DNA from: a virus
Lineage: Duplodnaviria > Caudoviricetes
Reading direction: 5' to 3' (one strand)
IMG/VR virus record: IMGVR_UViG_3300031555_003590
Coordinates: 32,001-96,000 of that record
Length of the DNA stretch: 64,000 nucleotides
Both the position numbers and the translations under genes were made by a program. Below, in pieces: positions 29,501-39,560 of the stretch. The notes beneath the pieces are model-generated. The model was given only the letters and a program-made list of their open reading frames with translations, made no database searches and was not told the origin of the DNA. Positions within the stretch are counted from its first letter, which is position 1. Each line of letters starts with the position of its first letter.

Positions 29501-31806
29501 CATTTGTTGCTGCTGGATTCTTTGTATACGATCTTCCTGAAATAGCTGATTATAAATGGAATAGTTTCGATATTGACTGGATGAATTGTGATTTTTATCC
29601 TGACCATCCATCTGATAAAACTAAGTATCCTGATGCTAATTGGAATAATTCAAAAACATTTTTATCAATACAACGAGATATTGTAGATGGAAATTATATT
29701 GATCAATTTCCAATTGAAGATTATAACAATACTACTTATATCCATAATATTACACTTGATGATCTTTCTGTTTGGAATGATACTAAACATGAATGGGAAG
29801 ATTTATATGATGAAACAAAATGGAAATTAGAAGTAACTAATGATGATATCAATCAAAAATGGGGATTTAAACTTTCCTATCTTGAAGAAGGAATATATTC
29901 ATATGATATGAAATTGTTTTTGAATAAAGTTCCTGATAATCAAATTAGAAATTCTAAATTAAAACGTAATGCAATTATGGATATAGCCGCATCTATTTCA
30001 GCAGAAGTTGATAATCCTAGTATCAATAGTTCTGTTAATACTGGTAGGCATTTACGTATCAGAAAATTATTCCCATATGAACAAAAAGAAACATTTACAA
30101 TTGGAAAGATGCCTGACGGTGGATATGTTGGTTATATAATGCATTTTAAAGTAAATCCATATATCCATTTTAAAAATGAACTTCATTTAGAAGACGTAAA
30201 AATCTATAATAAAACTGCTGGAAGATTTGAAAATATTCTTGATCCAAAAATGTTTGAGGTTATGTTTAAAGATGATAAAGCAATTGGAACTGGATATGAA
30301 ACTCAAACAAAAATAATTCAAACTGTTATTAGTTATCCTGGATCCGGATTTGTAGATGGTGAAGTTTGGGCATATAATCAAGAATATGGAGTTAGTGTAT
30401 TTGGAACCGTTACTACAAATTATCAAGGTGATGGAAATATTTTAACTTTTACTCCAATTCATACTGTTAATATCCCAACAGAAAGTATTGCATTAGAATT
30501 TCAAGTATTTCAAAGAGATAGTCAAGATCGTAAACAAATGGCTATTGTTACAATTGAATTTAATACTGAAAAAGTACAAGTTATTGGAGATGGATATATT
30601 CATAATGTACAAAATCCATATGCTCCTTTACCTAAAGAATTTAAGATAGTTTGTCAATATGATTTAGATACTCTTTGTGAATATGATGTAATAATTTCTA
30701 AAACTCCAAAACAGTGGAAGTTTATTGAATCAAAATGGATGATATGTCCTACATTCCATCTTCCTGATTATAATATTCAACAGAATAGAGTTTATATTCT
30801 AACTAATAAAGGAAGATTCCCATTACGTAATCCATCAACTGGTAAACCTTCAATCAATGTAATTCAAACTGATGATGGAACTGATGTAACTTTCTTAAAT
30901 TTATATAAACGATATGAACATTTAGAAGTTAGAACAGTTCCATATCCAATGAGATCTGTATATGTACAAAGAAGAATTCCTTCTTCTGGATTCATTGATT
31001 TAGGTGGCAAGATTAATAAACCTCTAAACAAAAAATATTTTGAATTCTGGGTAAATGGTAAATTATTATATGATGAAGTAACTATAATTACTCCTACTAA
31101 GATATTCTTACACGGATTAACATCATTGAAAAATTTAGAAATTATTGAAGTGAATCGAGATCCTAATGAATATTTTAGTGATTCATTTTTAGAGGTTGAA
31201 AATTCTGAACTAGGTAGACCATATTATCATTGGAATTATAAAACGTATTTAGATGATGCATTAGAAGGAGAATTAGAAGGAGATAACTATACACCTGAAG
31301 AACAAGAATATTTGTTATCTCCAGTTTGGAAACAAGTAGCAAAGGATCATCCTGAATTTAAAAATTATCCTCCTAATGTTGATATTGAAGATGATATTTT
31401 AGTACGTGTAGATGAAGATGATGAACCATTAGAAGATTTAGAAGAACCTAGTTATCAGTTTATGATTATCAATACTCCTACTATTGAAAGTCAGCCACTT
31501 ACAGACAGAAGTATTACTTTTGAACGTTTAGGTTTTACTCCAATGACTGATGAAATGATCATTGATATTATGAATGAAGAGTGGGCAGAAGAAATTGGAA
31601 ATGATTCATATTTTCCTGAACATTCTGTAATGACTGATGCTGAATGGTATGGATTAACTGCTAGATTATATGATGAATATGGAATTAGAGTTCATACACT
31701 TAATGAAAGTGCATATTCAATTACTGATAATAATTTATTGAGAATTAATAATAGTAGCAAACTCAGTAGAATTGTAAAAAATAATATTACATATGATCTA
31801 ACATAA
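23581..31806 (+). CDS. Giant (2741 aa) putative virion structural / baseplate protein
   Basis: AGGAGG RBS; repeated (P/E)GxG(Y/F)xxG motifs typical of baseplate wedge proteins; no enzymatic motif recognised. Confidence 0.6.
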   Translation: MRNDMYENNWSPFDPQWYSAAFDQFVSTADQLFNQNLIIQQGFKLPDADGSRSSVFRNEAVLNNSFNEQKLRETLKDIYLNSTHKLIASNHDNTHFYQWHGYMSDMELIPNTNMCQFKIPTETFIYPKERDKYKLSQFYNTWIKPEDILNNWEVFKWHCLLFIDQRIYSDYELYMDDHETIIRFKYYDYWVKVNHSVYIYKFDTNASCRIKITRELCKNQWNWKLPISYIDNKKIVNFNNIMVAFNKISDTTIRKDGLTHVDVLGDNLEFLKIEDGYIDLSKISNFNKILIESESTEWIWMSIIVPKFFHEYPIILPTDVVYRPYEADLRPIVISDSMDIRHTKVDTNNERKQVYVDMNGKFNEEHIGWKQLIRPIVLSDAFDNPFDEPYTSYIGELSNLRDLTVKGADTIEEFRFYMSDNPTNEGILEFVDKLTNDINNIHTSYNDFLIKRHMETDMEYEYQYKKFLSIMDEIKEDKLYSNWFIYNNTEDGNTKDLWHTISNQIYTPSEMYDKYSFANIIQSMHNNGILWTDADKFMNQHRFRRPIDELDFWTFEYDITNEVWRPYHLNVTRHFPDVYILTDPAQEIPSTNRIFKSFFFYSDTMNVLDQNEDIIRATSSWDIDMQEYEYDKGAIYRDIFMEKFYWMGIKSIYKGITETNSRWEVLEYVIDNPSYERFNQLFLNTMDPYFKMGLATFLKSSNYEFPFDDAVDKMNEAINQQFVGYKRITNFETYLNKTWIPSYFDYVTKIMDDWDPGDRLLHRPRSSFDVLRLLPLLLDVENNISIAVGTVSKTLSWILEKLKEESYNLNIENIETIQSKTEEMLNNIITVYKFTKDLDLDIYSIEDLNYIISKLQYHMKLTDELEQLFSNSRQDIQNNNVYENKKNNLLEITNTNLDTLYNYIINIGGMVQNFDMETFMKSINDLTSYFEYNKVNPSDTSLIGYINKFNTPWSINIKELRNKLFQSTSIMYGKFEPTKAYTNDEVIEFVSLVKNVQNDLISFIDAISKFWNDMGYSKDEIIIDKFDNVTELLDKLISNLSTYMNSREELLSNTNLILNILSDILKYNISDKEKDIYNNLYDNINNIILSLSYIAGSNNRDEALKYFQEFKTHLVDWNSYLSIEEEVFTKLINFTELPIEFIDRLRKDESLLQSMCEYMDTNNIPYVPDTDWPTYSDVYTVDQIELLSGGFNNKFGELVVVPNLGSYKITKLGDDNGTAELIEDTGYRNTVFRDPMIQSNPYDTITSGNGMGITVKPIHSNRIPIINDEVISVYITRMQNSSYLISENLKTPNPYNNDSFTNSLNGIREIKSDWDNVIKSYTDHISDNARNCINELINILISLIEPCENFIDVRKKADLAGLITLIDSFITSCFNFADINNLLNTDYYYYEDSIKVILTDLQEFYGNGTTWNDSTELKNLLDSSKYPIRLFKVRVIDQFPNSNDKTSIISKYDTIMEKISTIESTLSELPKLLIDINPIIRNLDKKITEIPNDIIKNDIWYRIKIIRVALEGEGYKIGDVVSIIPELPKDSEGNYIRDMEDIIMNDTILVRVTEVVDNKVTSLEPIMDYAIPYLIWGIRETRTVVGTGRGLTVDVYSYQLQLSDSKLFENEESDIATLPQYNENDMFVFMFENIHDLNIQYEIFYGGKQITNFFQRHISSTDPLHPTGIDAIYLNANEVSNLKNSSIYIPAEHYFIYKLDHITIKDPGAGYSVGQEIFVDLETVALRLKIASLIFGPYKGIESVELSDARISVDGGNPSSENAMVVTDSLNNIDDEFNNGYYDQLNNEGIIKAATRSLDADRYQFISNRFDNLSDGDRNKNFMYPDVDIPLVEDASTNGDPDDHFYLGSRIDNSQHPMSDDHKWNGIMNIISPTDPFIPDDRRIPNNKPIKGEYQEIAHLRIHNSINETNTDVNKIYNKSINNTAMIEGDYVVDKFSQLPKHLNDWPAAKIGKCVIVENDETNNGHRMMYRLRTFVAAGFFVYDLPEIADYKWNSFDIDWMNCDFYPDHPSDKTKYPDANWNNSKTFLSIQRDIVDGNYIDQFPIEDYNNTTYIHNITLDDLSVWNDTKHEWEDLYDETKWKLEVTNDDINQKWGFKLSYLEEGIYSYDMKLFLNKVPDNQIRNSKLKRNAIMDIAASISAEVDNPSINSSVNTGRHLRIRKLFPYEQKETFTIGKMPDGGYVGYIMHFKVNPYIHFKNELHLEDVKIYNKTAGRFENILDPKMFEVMFKDDKAIGTGYETQTKIIQTVISYPGSGFVDGEVWAYNQEYGVSVFGTVTTNYQGDGNILTFTPIHTVNIPTESIALEFQVFQRDSQDRKQMAIVTIEFNTEKVQVIGDGYIHNVQNPYAPLPKEFKIVCQYDLDTLCEYDVIISKTPKQWKFIESKWMICPTFHLPDYNIQQNRVYILTNKGRFPLRNPSTGKPSINVIQTDDGTDVTFLNLYKRYEHLEVRTVPYPMRSVYVQRRIPSSGFIDLGGKINKPLNKKYFEFWVNGKLLYDEVTIITPTKIFLHGLTSLKNLEIIEVNRDPNEYFSDSFLEVENSELGRPYYHWNYKTYLDDALEGELEGDNYTPEEQEYLLSPVWKQVAKDHPEFKNYPPNVDIEDDILVRVDEDDEPLEDLEEPSYQFMIINTPTIESQPLTDRSITFERLGFTPMTDEMIIDIMNEEWAEEIGNDSYFPEHSVMTDAEWYGLTARLYDEYGIRVHTLNESAYSITDNNLLRINNSSKLSRIVKNNITYDLT

Positions 31807-31812
31807 AAAGAT

Positions 31813-31850
31813 TAAATTAAAGAGAGGGGATTATCCCCTCTCTTTAATTT
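31813..31850. terminator. Bidirectional terminator
   Basis: AAAGAGAGGGG...CCCCTCTCTTT between convergent genes. Confidence 0.75.
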
Positions 31851-31857
31851 TTAATAA

Positions 31858-32529
31858 TTATTTATTGGGGTTAGTTTTCTTATCGACCTTCTTATTAGAA
31901 GTACTACATTCAGTAATAATTTTCTTAGAATTATCCTGAATCATTGTAATGATGCTATCAGATTGTTCCATAATCTTTTTGTCAATATAATCAATTAATT
32001 CCGTAAATTTATCTTCAATATCAGCACTTAGCATATCAAATCTAGAATTAATAAGATCTTCAACTTTCTTAGCAGTTTTCTTAGCTGTTTTCTTAGAATT
32101 CTTTTTACTATAGTATTCAATAGCTTTCATAATACGATTAACATCTTGATCAATATGGTCATGAATATCATCTGATACATCTTCAAGAAGTTCACTAAGA
32201 AGATCAATTACATCAAGTATTTCGTCATCTTCAAAATCATTATCGTCATCATAAATTCCATTATCTTCCATAGTAAAACCTTCATCCTCAATATCTTCTT
32301 CATTATTATCATCTAGCTGATAATCTTTATGATTTTTATTGCAATCACATTTAGAATCATTATTCATCTCTAATGAATTATTTTTAATACAATTTTCAAT
32401 ACATTCCATCATTTCTTCAAAGCTTTTAAATTCTTTAGCATTCCCTCCATGAATGCTTACAGTAAATAAATCAATTAAATCATTTTTGTCAAGTTCATTA
32501 CGATTAGTATCAGCGTTGTAGTGTTTCAT
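31858..32529 (-). CDS. Hypothetical acidic coiled-coil protein
   Basis: AGGAGG RBS; promoter-like motif at 32591-32603. Confidence 0.75.
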   Translation of the reverse strand: MKHYNADTNRNELDKNDLIDLFTVSIHGGNAKEFKSFEEMMECIENCIKNNSLEMNNDSKCDCNKNHKDYQLDDNNEEDIEDEGFTMEDNGIYDDDNDFEDDEILDVIDLLSELLEDVSDDIHDHIDQDVNRIMKAIEYYSKKNSKKTAKKTAKKVEDLINSRFDMLSADIEDKFTELIDYIDKKIMEQSDSIITMIQDNSKKIITECSTSNKKVDKKTNPNK

Positions 32530-32687
32530 GTTTAATTCCTCCTAAAAATTCAAGTAATAAAAGTGTCCGAGTATACAATTGTACTATATAAGAATATATA
32601 ATTATATATCGGATATACCTTTATAATATTTATATATTCTTATAATAGATATATGAAATAAAAATATTATTATAGGGAGATTATAAA

Positions 32688-32990
32688 ATGAAAATTCTTA
32701 TGACACTTAAAACACCAACTAAACAATCTACTCAATTAAATGGAAAAGTATTCTATCTTATGGGAGATAAATATCGACGAATAAAATTTATTGATGTTCA
32801 AACTAATAATATTCTTAAAAATGCATATATTACTAAAAAAGAAAGGAATGGTGATATTACTACTATTACAACTTTAAGTGGAGAAATATATGAGTTAATT
32901 AATGTCGGTAGTATTATTCCTACAGCAGGAATGGTTGGTAAAAATGATATTGTCTTTAATATCATTAATACAATAGTAAATAAAATTTAA
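32688..32990 (+). CDS. Hypothetical protein (100 aa)
   Basis: GGGAG RBS; promoter-like motif at 32628-32640. Confidence 0.7.
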   Translation: MKILMTLKTPTKQSTQLNGKVFYLMGDKYRRIKFIDVQTNNILKNAYITKKERNGDITTITTLSGEIYELINVGSIIPTAGMVGKNDIVFNIINTIVNKI

Positions 32991-33004
32991 GGAGGAATAC
33001 TGAA

Positions 33005-33598
33005 ATGATGAAGCCTATTGATATCCCTGGAGCAATTAGATGTATTGAAAATAATATTATGGTTGAAGAAGAAATTTTCTTTATCAACATTAAAAATGTT
33101 GGTATTGTTAAATTTGAAGTAGACTATGATAATTTTGAAGAAAACATTCCTACTAGTATTGCTAATATTAATAAATCTGATGCAAAATATCATTGTATAA
33201 TTACAAGACCTTCTTTTAGAGGTAAAACTTTAAGATACCTTAAATGTGTTGAAGCAGCATATAAAATTTTATTTACTGCATTAGGTTGTGAAAATATTAA
33301 GAGAGTTATTCTTGATGCTGCTATCATTATTCATTGTATTTATAATGATAATAAAATTCATGATTTAAATATTATTGCAGAAGAATATCTAAACGAACAT
33401 TTTGGATTCATTGCTAGAACTAAAGCATCAGTAGTATATTTAGTAAATGATATGATCAATTCTAGATATGAAAATGCAATGAATCTTATAAATGTTCTAT
33501 ATAAAGATATTAAACTTGGTGAAGTTGGATATCCTCAGAGAATGTCTTTATTAATGTCATATGCTGGGATTAATACTGATTTTATGTTTAATGAATAA
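33005..33598 (+). CDS. Hypothetical protein (197 aa)
   Basis: AGGAGG RBS. Confidence 0.75.
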   Translation: MMKPIDIPGAIRCIENNIMVEEEIFFINIKNVGIVKFEVDYDNFEENIPTSIANINKSDAKYHCIITRPSFRGKTLRYLKCVEAAYKILFTALGCENIKRVILDAAIIIHCIYNDNKIHDLNIIAEEYLNEHFGFIARTKASVVYLVNDMINSRYENAMNLINVLYKDIKLGEVGYPQRMSLLMSYAGINTDFMFNE

Positions 33599-33636
33599 AA
33601 AGAATGGTGGGAATTATATTCCCACCATTATCTTTT

Positions 33637-35058
33637 TTATATATTTAAATAAATAACCTCTTTGGCTAGTGTTACTATTTTCTTAAATCTAGATTTCCAA
33701 TACCATACTACTTGATTTATACTAGTATCTACTATATCAAAGAAGTAAGTATCTTTGTCTTCTGCATAAGGTCTTAATCGTCCAAACATTTGTTCTGCTA
33801 CTACCTTACTAGCTAAAGCTTCAGTATTAATAACAACACGTAATCCTTTAATATCTCGACCAGTACCAGTCGATTTAATTGTAGAAACTATGATATCTTT
33901 CTTTTCTGCAGATTTTTTATCTTCTGCACTTATTTTAGAATGATATGCTGCTACACTTTTATCTGGATAATCCTTTTTTAATTTTTTAACAACTTCATCC
34001 ACTGCTTCAATTAATGGAATAAATATTAATATTTTTCCTTCAATATTTTTTAATTTATTTAAAATTTCTAATATAGTTTTATATGCAGTTTCATTTTGAT
34101 CAGTAATAAATGCATATCTACCATAATTGGCTGATGTTAATGATCCTGTATATCCAATAACTTTTGCTCTATCTTTAGGACTAATTCTACTATTAATATT
34201 TACTACATGATATATTACATGTTTTCTAGTAACAGCCTTAGATTCATATTCACCATAAGTAGTTACAGAATTAAATGCTTTTTTAAAACATGCTGATTCT
34301 GTTTTATCACTTCTATCAAATGTAGCAGTAAGATATAATGTTTTATTTGTATTACTAAAGAAATCCATTAATAATATATTTGCAAATTCCATATGTGATT
34401 CATCATATACTTTAATACCAACATTAAGTTTTTTAAAGAATTTATGAAGCATATATCCATTATGAGAACTTAAGAAACTTCTAAGTGTTTGATGGTTAAC
34501 AAAATAAATATCAGCTGGTTCAACTAAATCTTCTAATATAGCTTCCATTATATTGCTACCAGCTATATTCATTAATTCTTTAGGTCTATAATCAAACATT
34601 TTATGATATGTTGAAATCCATTGTTGTTTAAGAGATTCATTTGGAGTAATAATCAAAGTTTTTAAATTTAGTTTAGTAGAAGTATATGCAACACAGAACG
34701 TCTTTCCTTTACCAGTTGCTAAGTTAAGTCCTAATTGTCTACCATCTTCACATAAGAATTTTATACTATCTTCTTGTAATTGATCTTTAGGTTCATATAA
34801 TGAATAATGTTGTCTAGACATTTTTTCACATGGATCGAATTCATTTATAAATTTAGCTTTACATTCAGTAAGTCTTTCTAATTTACTAATTGATGCTCCT
34901 CTAGGTAAATATAATTTACCATCTTCAATCATATATCCGCATGGAAAATCATTACCAGTAAATTTATCTGTCGCAGTAAAATCGTCCTCAATAACAGGTA
35001 TATCATCTTTTTGATATGGATATAATTCTATATGAGTATTATAAACATCTATATTCAT
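33637..35058 (-). CDS. Superfamily 2 DNA helicase (UvsW-like)
   Basis: ATGKGKT, VYDESH, LTAT, TGRDI and QMFGR motifs. Confidence 0.88.
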   Translation of the reverse strand: MNIDVYNTHIELYPYQKDDIPVIEDDFTATDKFTGNDFPCGYMIEDGKLYLPRGASISKLERLTECKAKFINEFDPCEKMSRQHYSLYEPKDQLQEDSIKFLCEDGRQLGLNLATGKGKTFCVAYTSTKLNLKTLIITPNESLKQQWISTYHKMFDYRPKELMNIAGSNIMEAILEDLVEPADIYFVNHQTLRSFLSSHNGYMLHKFFKKLNVGIKVYDESHMEFANILLMDFFSNTNKTLYLTATFDRSDKTESACFKKAFNSVTTYGEYESKAVTRKHVIYHVVNINSRISPKDRAKVIGYTGSLTSANYGRYAFITDQNETAYKTILEILNKLKNIEGKILIFIPLIEAVDEVVKKLKKDYPDKSVAAYHSKISAEDKKSAEKKDIIVSTIKSTGTGRDIKGLRVVINTEALASKVVAEQMFGRLRPYAEDKDTYFFDIVDTSINQVVWYWKSRFKKIVTLAKEVIYLNI

Positions 35059-35163
35059 AATTTTAAATCACCTCCAAAATTAACATTGTTTGTATGTTGA
35101 TAAAATAATATATCATTTTAATAAAAAGAAAGGTGGGAAAATGTTTCCCACCCAGATATTATA

Positions 35164-35688
35164 TTATACAATTTGAAATAGTCTTATAATTGAAAATCCA
35201 CAATCTTCAATTGGATAATTAAATCGTTTCTTTAATGCAAGTGTCATATCATCTATAAATATTCTATATTTGATATCAGTAAATTCAGCTTTCTTTAACT
35301 TTAATGGAATCAAAGCTTTATTAATATTGATATCATATTCAAGTCCTTCAATATTAATTTTTAATAGATTACCTGCATAAAGTTCATTACAATCTAAATC
35401 AACCCAGGAATCGCTATTTAAATCATTACAATATGAACAATTTTTGATGATATCATTATTTTCATCATCAATAACATCTAATTCTTGTATATGGGATTTA
35501 AATTTAGGATTTTCAATTAATGCATTCCATAAACATTGATCTACTGGAATTAGAATTGTATGTTCTTTAGGATTTTTAGAAATTAATATCCTATTCATAA
35601 ATAAATAATCTGTAAGAGATGATCTATCCATTACATCTTCAAATATATTTATTGCATCTTCAATACTTTGCTTTTTCGCTTTGGCCAA
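35164..35688 (-). CDS. Hypothetical protein (174 aa)
   Basis: TTG start with AGGAG RBS, overlapping the end of the upstream gene. Confidence 0.7.
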   Translation of the reverse strand: MAKAKKQSIEDAINIFEDVMDRSSLTDYLFMNRILISKNPKEHTILIPVDQCLWNALIENPKFKSHIQELDVIDDENNDIIKNCSYCNDLNSDSWVDLDCNELYAGNLLKINIEGLEYDININKALIPLKLKKAEFTDIKYRIFIDDMTLALKKRFNYPIEDCGFSIIRLFQIV

Positions 35689-36503
35689 AACTTATTCACT
35701 CCTAACTGTTTAATTCCATTATTTTTACCTACTAATGGGTTTACTGATTTTAGTCTTTTATAATAATACTCTGTAGTAATTTCAGATTGCTTATCTGGTG
35801 TTTTACCTTGAGCAATTAATCTAGCAATATATAATCCTAGACTATAATTAAACTCATTTCCGTTTTCACCAAATACAGTTTTATCTAAATCAACTCTGAC
35901 TAGATGATTTCGGTAATTAATCCGTAAATAATTTGATGATAATTTATCAGCCAACATCATAATATCAACTGATGTTTTGATCTTATCATCAAGTGTTTTA
36001 TATACATCAATGATAGGACAAGAATGAAACATTACTGGATATAAAATTTCTTTATCAGTAATTCCAAATTCTTTATAAAGAAAAATGCCAGCAGCTAATG
36101 CATGTAATTGAACATCGGTATTAAAATAATCTGATAAATTAAATTCATCTAATATATCCAGATTCATTCTAACATACCTATTGAGATCTTGTGGAATATT
36201 ATGACCATTCCAATTTACTTTTCCATCTTTTGATGGGTCTAATCCAATATCTTTAAGTATATCATGTGCAAGAGCAGCATAACTAATTTTTATTGGATCA
36301 GCAGGCAACCCTAATTTATGATTTAATAACAATGCATATCTACATGCTAACTTAATATGTTTCATATGATAATTAAATGTTAAACGTTCTTTTTGTGTAA
36401 ATTTATTTAAGTTTAACAATAATTTAGACTGGGTGTAAAATTTCATATTCATAAAATATGACCTCTTTCCATAATATTTATTATATATAGAATATATAAT
36501 CAA
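35649..36503 (-). CDS. HD-domain phosphohydrolase (YqeK-like); true start probably a downstream ATG near 36450
   Basis: H...AALAHDILK...LHA...MFH...MLADK pattern. Confidence 0.8.
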   Translation of the reverse strand: MIIYSIYNKYYGKRSYFMNMKFYTQSKLLLNLNKFTQKERLTFNYHMKHIKLACRYALLLNHKLGLPADPIKISYAALAHDILKDIGLDPSKDGKVNWNGHNIPQDLNRYVRMNLDILDEFNLSDYFNTDVQLHALAAGIFLYKEFGITDKEILYPVMFHSCPIIDVYKTLDDKIKTSVDIMMLADKLSSNYLRINYRNHLVRVDLDKTVFGENGNEFNYSLGLYIARLIAQGKTPDKQSEITTEYYYKRLKSVNPLVGKNNGIKQLGVNKFWPKRKSKVLKMQ

Positions 36504-36584
36504 AATGCGTATATATTCTAATATAGTAGTATAGAAAGAAATTAAATTCTATACATCCAGTTATTTTAAGGAGGCTAAAACAAT

Positions 36585-37436
36585 ATGATTAGTAATAATC
36601 AGCAACATCGAAAATGTAAAAGAGGTAAAAATTCTAAACTTCAAAAAACATTAGATTGGGTTATTGATCCAGCTAACTTATCTTGGATATTTATATCCAT
36701 AACTATTCTTGCATTTACAGCAGCTGTTATCGTAAATTCTTATAAAGATTCAAATCATTTTAGAAACAATACAACCAATTCATCTCTTATAACATGTATT
36801 GGTTATATTGGTTCTGATATTGTCACAGAACAACCACCAGCTGAATTCATTTCATACGCAGCTCCTAAAAGAACAATTAAGGAGCAACTTACATTAGAAG
36901 AACAACTTGGAAATGATGAAATTATATTAGATGATGTAACAATGATTAGACATGATTTACCAGATAAGTATTATCCAAATATAGACTTTTCCAGTTTTCA
37001 ACCATTTATGTGTTATACCAAAGTCACTAATGAAAATGCACCTGCATATGATGTTGTACATAGTGACAATACATATACAGATGATTATGGTCTTAGAAGA
37101 TATAAGATTAGTGATGATCAATTTTCAATTAATGGTCAAGATGATTATATGATTGCTCTTGGTACATTTTATAAACCAGAAATGGTTGTTGGAAATCGAT
37201 ATTTGATTGTCACTACAAATGGTATGTATACTGCTACTACAGGTGATGAAAAATCAGATATGCATACTAATGAAACAAATATGTTTTCTGTACATAAGAA
37301 TGGTCAAATTGGTATGATTGAATGGATTGTTGATTGGGATAAATTAAATTCAGATATTCAAGTAAGCGGTACAGTTACAATTGGTGGTCCTGATGTAATT
37401 AAAGGACAAATTCTTTATATGTATGAAATCCAATAA
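36585..37436 (+). CDS. Membrane-anchored extracellular protein, possibly with a 3D/RlpA-like cell-wall-acting domain
   Basis: N-terminal TM segment; YMIALGTFY...GNRYLI...TTGDEK. Confidence 0.5.
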   Translation: MISNNQQHRKCKRGKNSKLQKTLDWVIDPANLSWIFISITILAFTAAVIVNSYKDSNHFRNNTTNSSLITCIGYIGSDIVTEQPPAEFISYAAPKRTIKEQLTLEEQLGNDEIILDDVTMIRHDLPDKYYPNIDFSSFQPFMCYTKVTNENAPAYDVVHSDNTYTDDYGLRRYKISDDQFSINGQDDYMIALGTFYKPEMVVGNRYLIVTTNGMYTATTGDEKSDMHTNETNMFSVHKNGQIGMIEWIVDWDKLNSDIQVSGTVTIGGPDVIKGQILYMYEIQ

Positions 37437-37518
37437 CATTAAAAAGAAAGAGGAATTTCCTCTTTCTTTTTTATACTTTTATTTAATTAAATAAATAATT
37501 AAAGGAGGAAAATTTATT

Positions 37519-38046
37519 ATGGATGCATATATGATATTTCAATATATTATAGATAACTTAGCTGTACCAGTTTTAATTGCAATTGGTGGAGGTATTGCAT
37601 TAATCGTAAACAAATATTTTGATAAGATTACGAAAAGCATTGAAGTTAAAAATGAAATTGAAAGTATTGAAAAACGGATGAAAACCAGACAAGATATTTT
37701 AGAAACTTTAAGACCAACAGTCGAAGCAGCAGTTGCATCTAATATGCAATTGGCAAATAAATTAAGAGAACGGAATGGTAAATTAACTGAAGAAGATGCT
37801 GCTTCATTAAATGAATCTGCTAAAGAATTGGTTATGAATACACTTCCTGCAAGTCTTACTGAAGAAGAAGGAGTACTTTTAGATATTATTGGTGGTAGAG
37901 ACCAACTTGATACTGCTATTAAAATTATGATTGAACAATATGTTTATGAATATAAACTTCAACAAAATAATTCAAATAATAAAACAGTTCAAAATAATAA
38001 TAGTAAACCTAAAAATATTATTTCATATTTTTTAGAAAATATATAA
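37519..38046 (+). CDS. Holin-like membrane protein (LL-H type pattern)
   Basis: N-terminal TM, then VEAAVASNMQ...IEQYVYE; AGGAGG RBS. Confidence 0.5.
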   Translation: MDAYMIFQYIIDNLAVPVLIAIGGGIALIVNKYFDKITKSIEVKNEIESIEKRMKTRQDILETLRPTVEAAVASNMQLANKLRERNGKLTEEDAASLNESAKELVMNTLPASLTEEEGVLLDIIGGRDQLDTAIKIMIEQYVYEYKLQQNNSNNKTVQNNNSKPKNIISYFLENI

Positions 38047-38152
38047 TAATATAAAATGATGAGTGGGAATTAGTCCCACTCATCATTTTATATATTTACA
38101 AATACCAAGTTTATAATTGGTATAAATAATTAATAAAAGGAGTTGATATAAA

Positions 38153-39560
38153 TTGAAAATTAACATATTGGATTATGAACAATTAATTGCAGTTAATAAA
38201 TTGCAAGAAGTAACATCTCCAAGATTATTTTCAAATAAAATGATGTATGATCCAGAAGGTATTTTATCATCAGAAATTTTTGGTATTTCAAAAGGTGACA
38301 GACGTAGTACATTTGCATATATTGATCTTAAGCGTCCATATATTCATCCACATATTTATGCAAAAGTATTAAAATCAATGTATAAAAATATCATTTATAT
38401 TGTTTCTGGTCAACGATATTATTCCGTTAAAGATGGTGTATTAGTTGAAGATGATGATAATGGATGGACTGGATTACAATCATTATATGACCATTGGAAT
38501 GAAATTAATTGGAAAAAAAGTAAATCTGCAAATAGTGTAAATAAAAAATTAATGGAAAATTTAACTAGAGATCAAGTTTTTATTACAAAATTTTTAGTAT
38601 GCCCTCCAGCATACCGTGATGTATTATTAGCTGGTACAGTTGATTCATCTGATCATGTTAATGAATTAAATGATTTATATGTTAGATTAATTAGAATGGT
38701 ATCATTATTATCTGAGGGAGGTTTATTTGCAGCAACACAATACGCAACCCAATCAAAAATCCAAGATACATTAGTAGATATTATGATTTATTTCAAGAAT
38801 ATGATATCTAAAAAGAAGGGTCTTATTAGACAAAATTTGATTGGTAAAAGTGTAACATATGGTGTTAGAGCAGTTATTTCAGCTCCTTCATATAACCATG
38901 AACGTATTACAGATAATATTATAGATATTGAACATACTGCAGTTCCAATTTCAATGGCATGTTCATTATTTTATCCATTTATAGAAGCCTGGTTAAAAAA
39001 TTTCTTTACTAGAGAAATTATTAATGATCCAAATATTGTAACATTTTATGATTATGAAACTAAAAAAGAGGTTACTGCAATTATTAAAGATCCAGATATC
39101 CAATTTTCTGAAAAAAATATTAAAAAGATGATCAATGATTATTGTTTAAATCCTGATAATCGTTTTAAAGTAATAAATGTAGATATAACAATACCAGGAT
39201 CAAATATATCAAAGAAAGCATCTATTATATTGAAAGGCAAAATATTATTAGAAAATAATATTCAAACCGTATTAAATAGATCAATGACTGTTACTGATAT
39301 TTTATATTTAGCATGTGTAGATGTTTGTGAACGTAGACATATTATGGTTTCTAGATATCCTGTAGGAACTGATAAAGGTATTTATTTTAATAAAATTAGA
39401 ATTCAATCTACTACACAACATATGCATGTTATATTTAATGGAAAAGAATATCCGTTCTATCCAAAAATTGATTTTGATATCCCTCAAGATAAGATTGGAG
39501 TTCAATATATTGATACACTAGTTATGTCTAATTCTCATCTTGATGGTATGGGTGCGGATT
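38153..39560 (+). CDS. rpoC: Phage multisubunit RNA polymerase beta' subunit, exon 1
   Basis: PEGILSSEIFG, KKGLIRQNLIGKSV...RAVI and SRYP; ends ...GMGAD plus the first base of the next codon. Confidence 0.9.
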
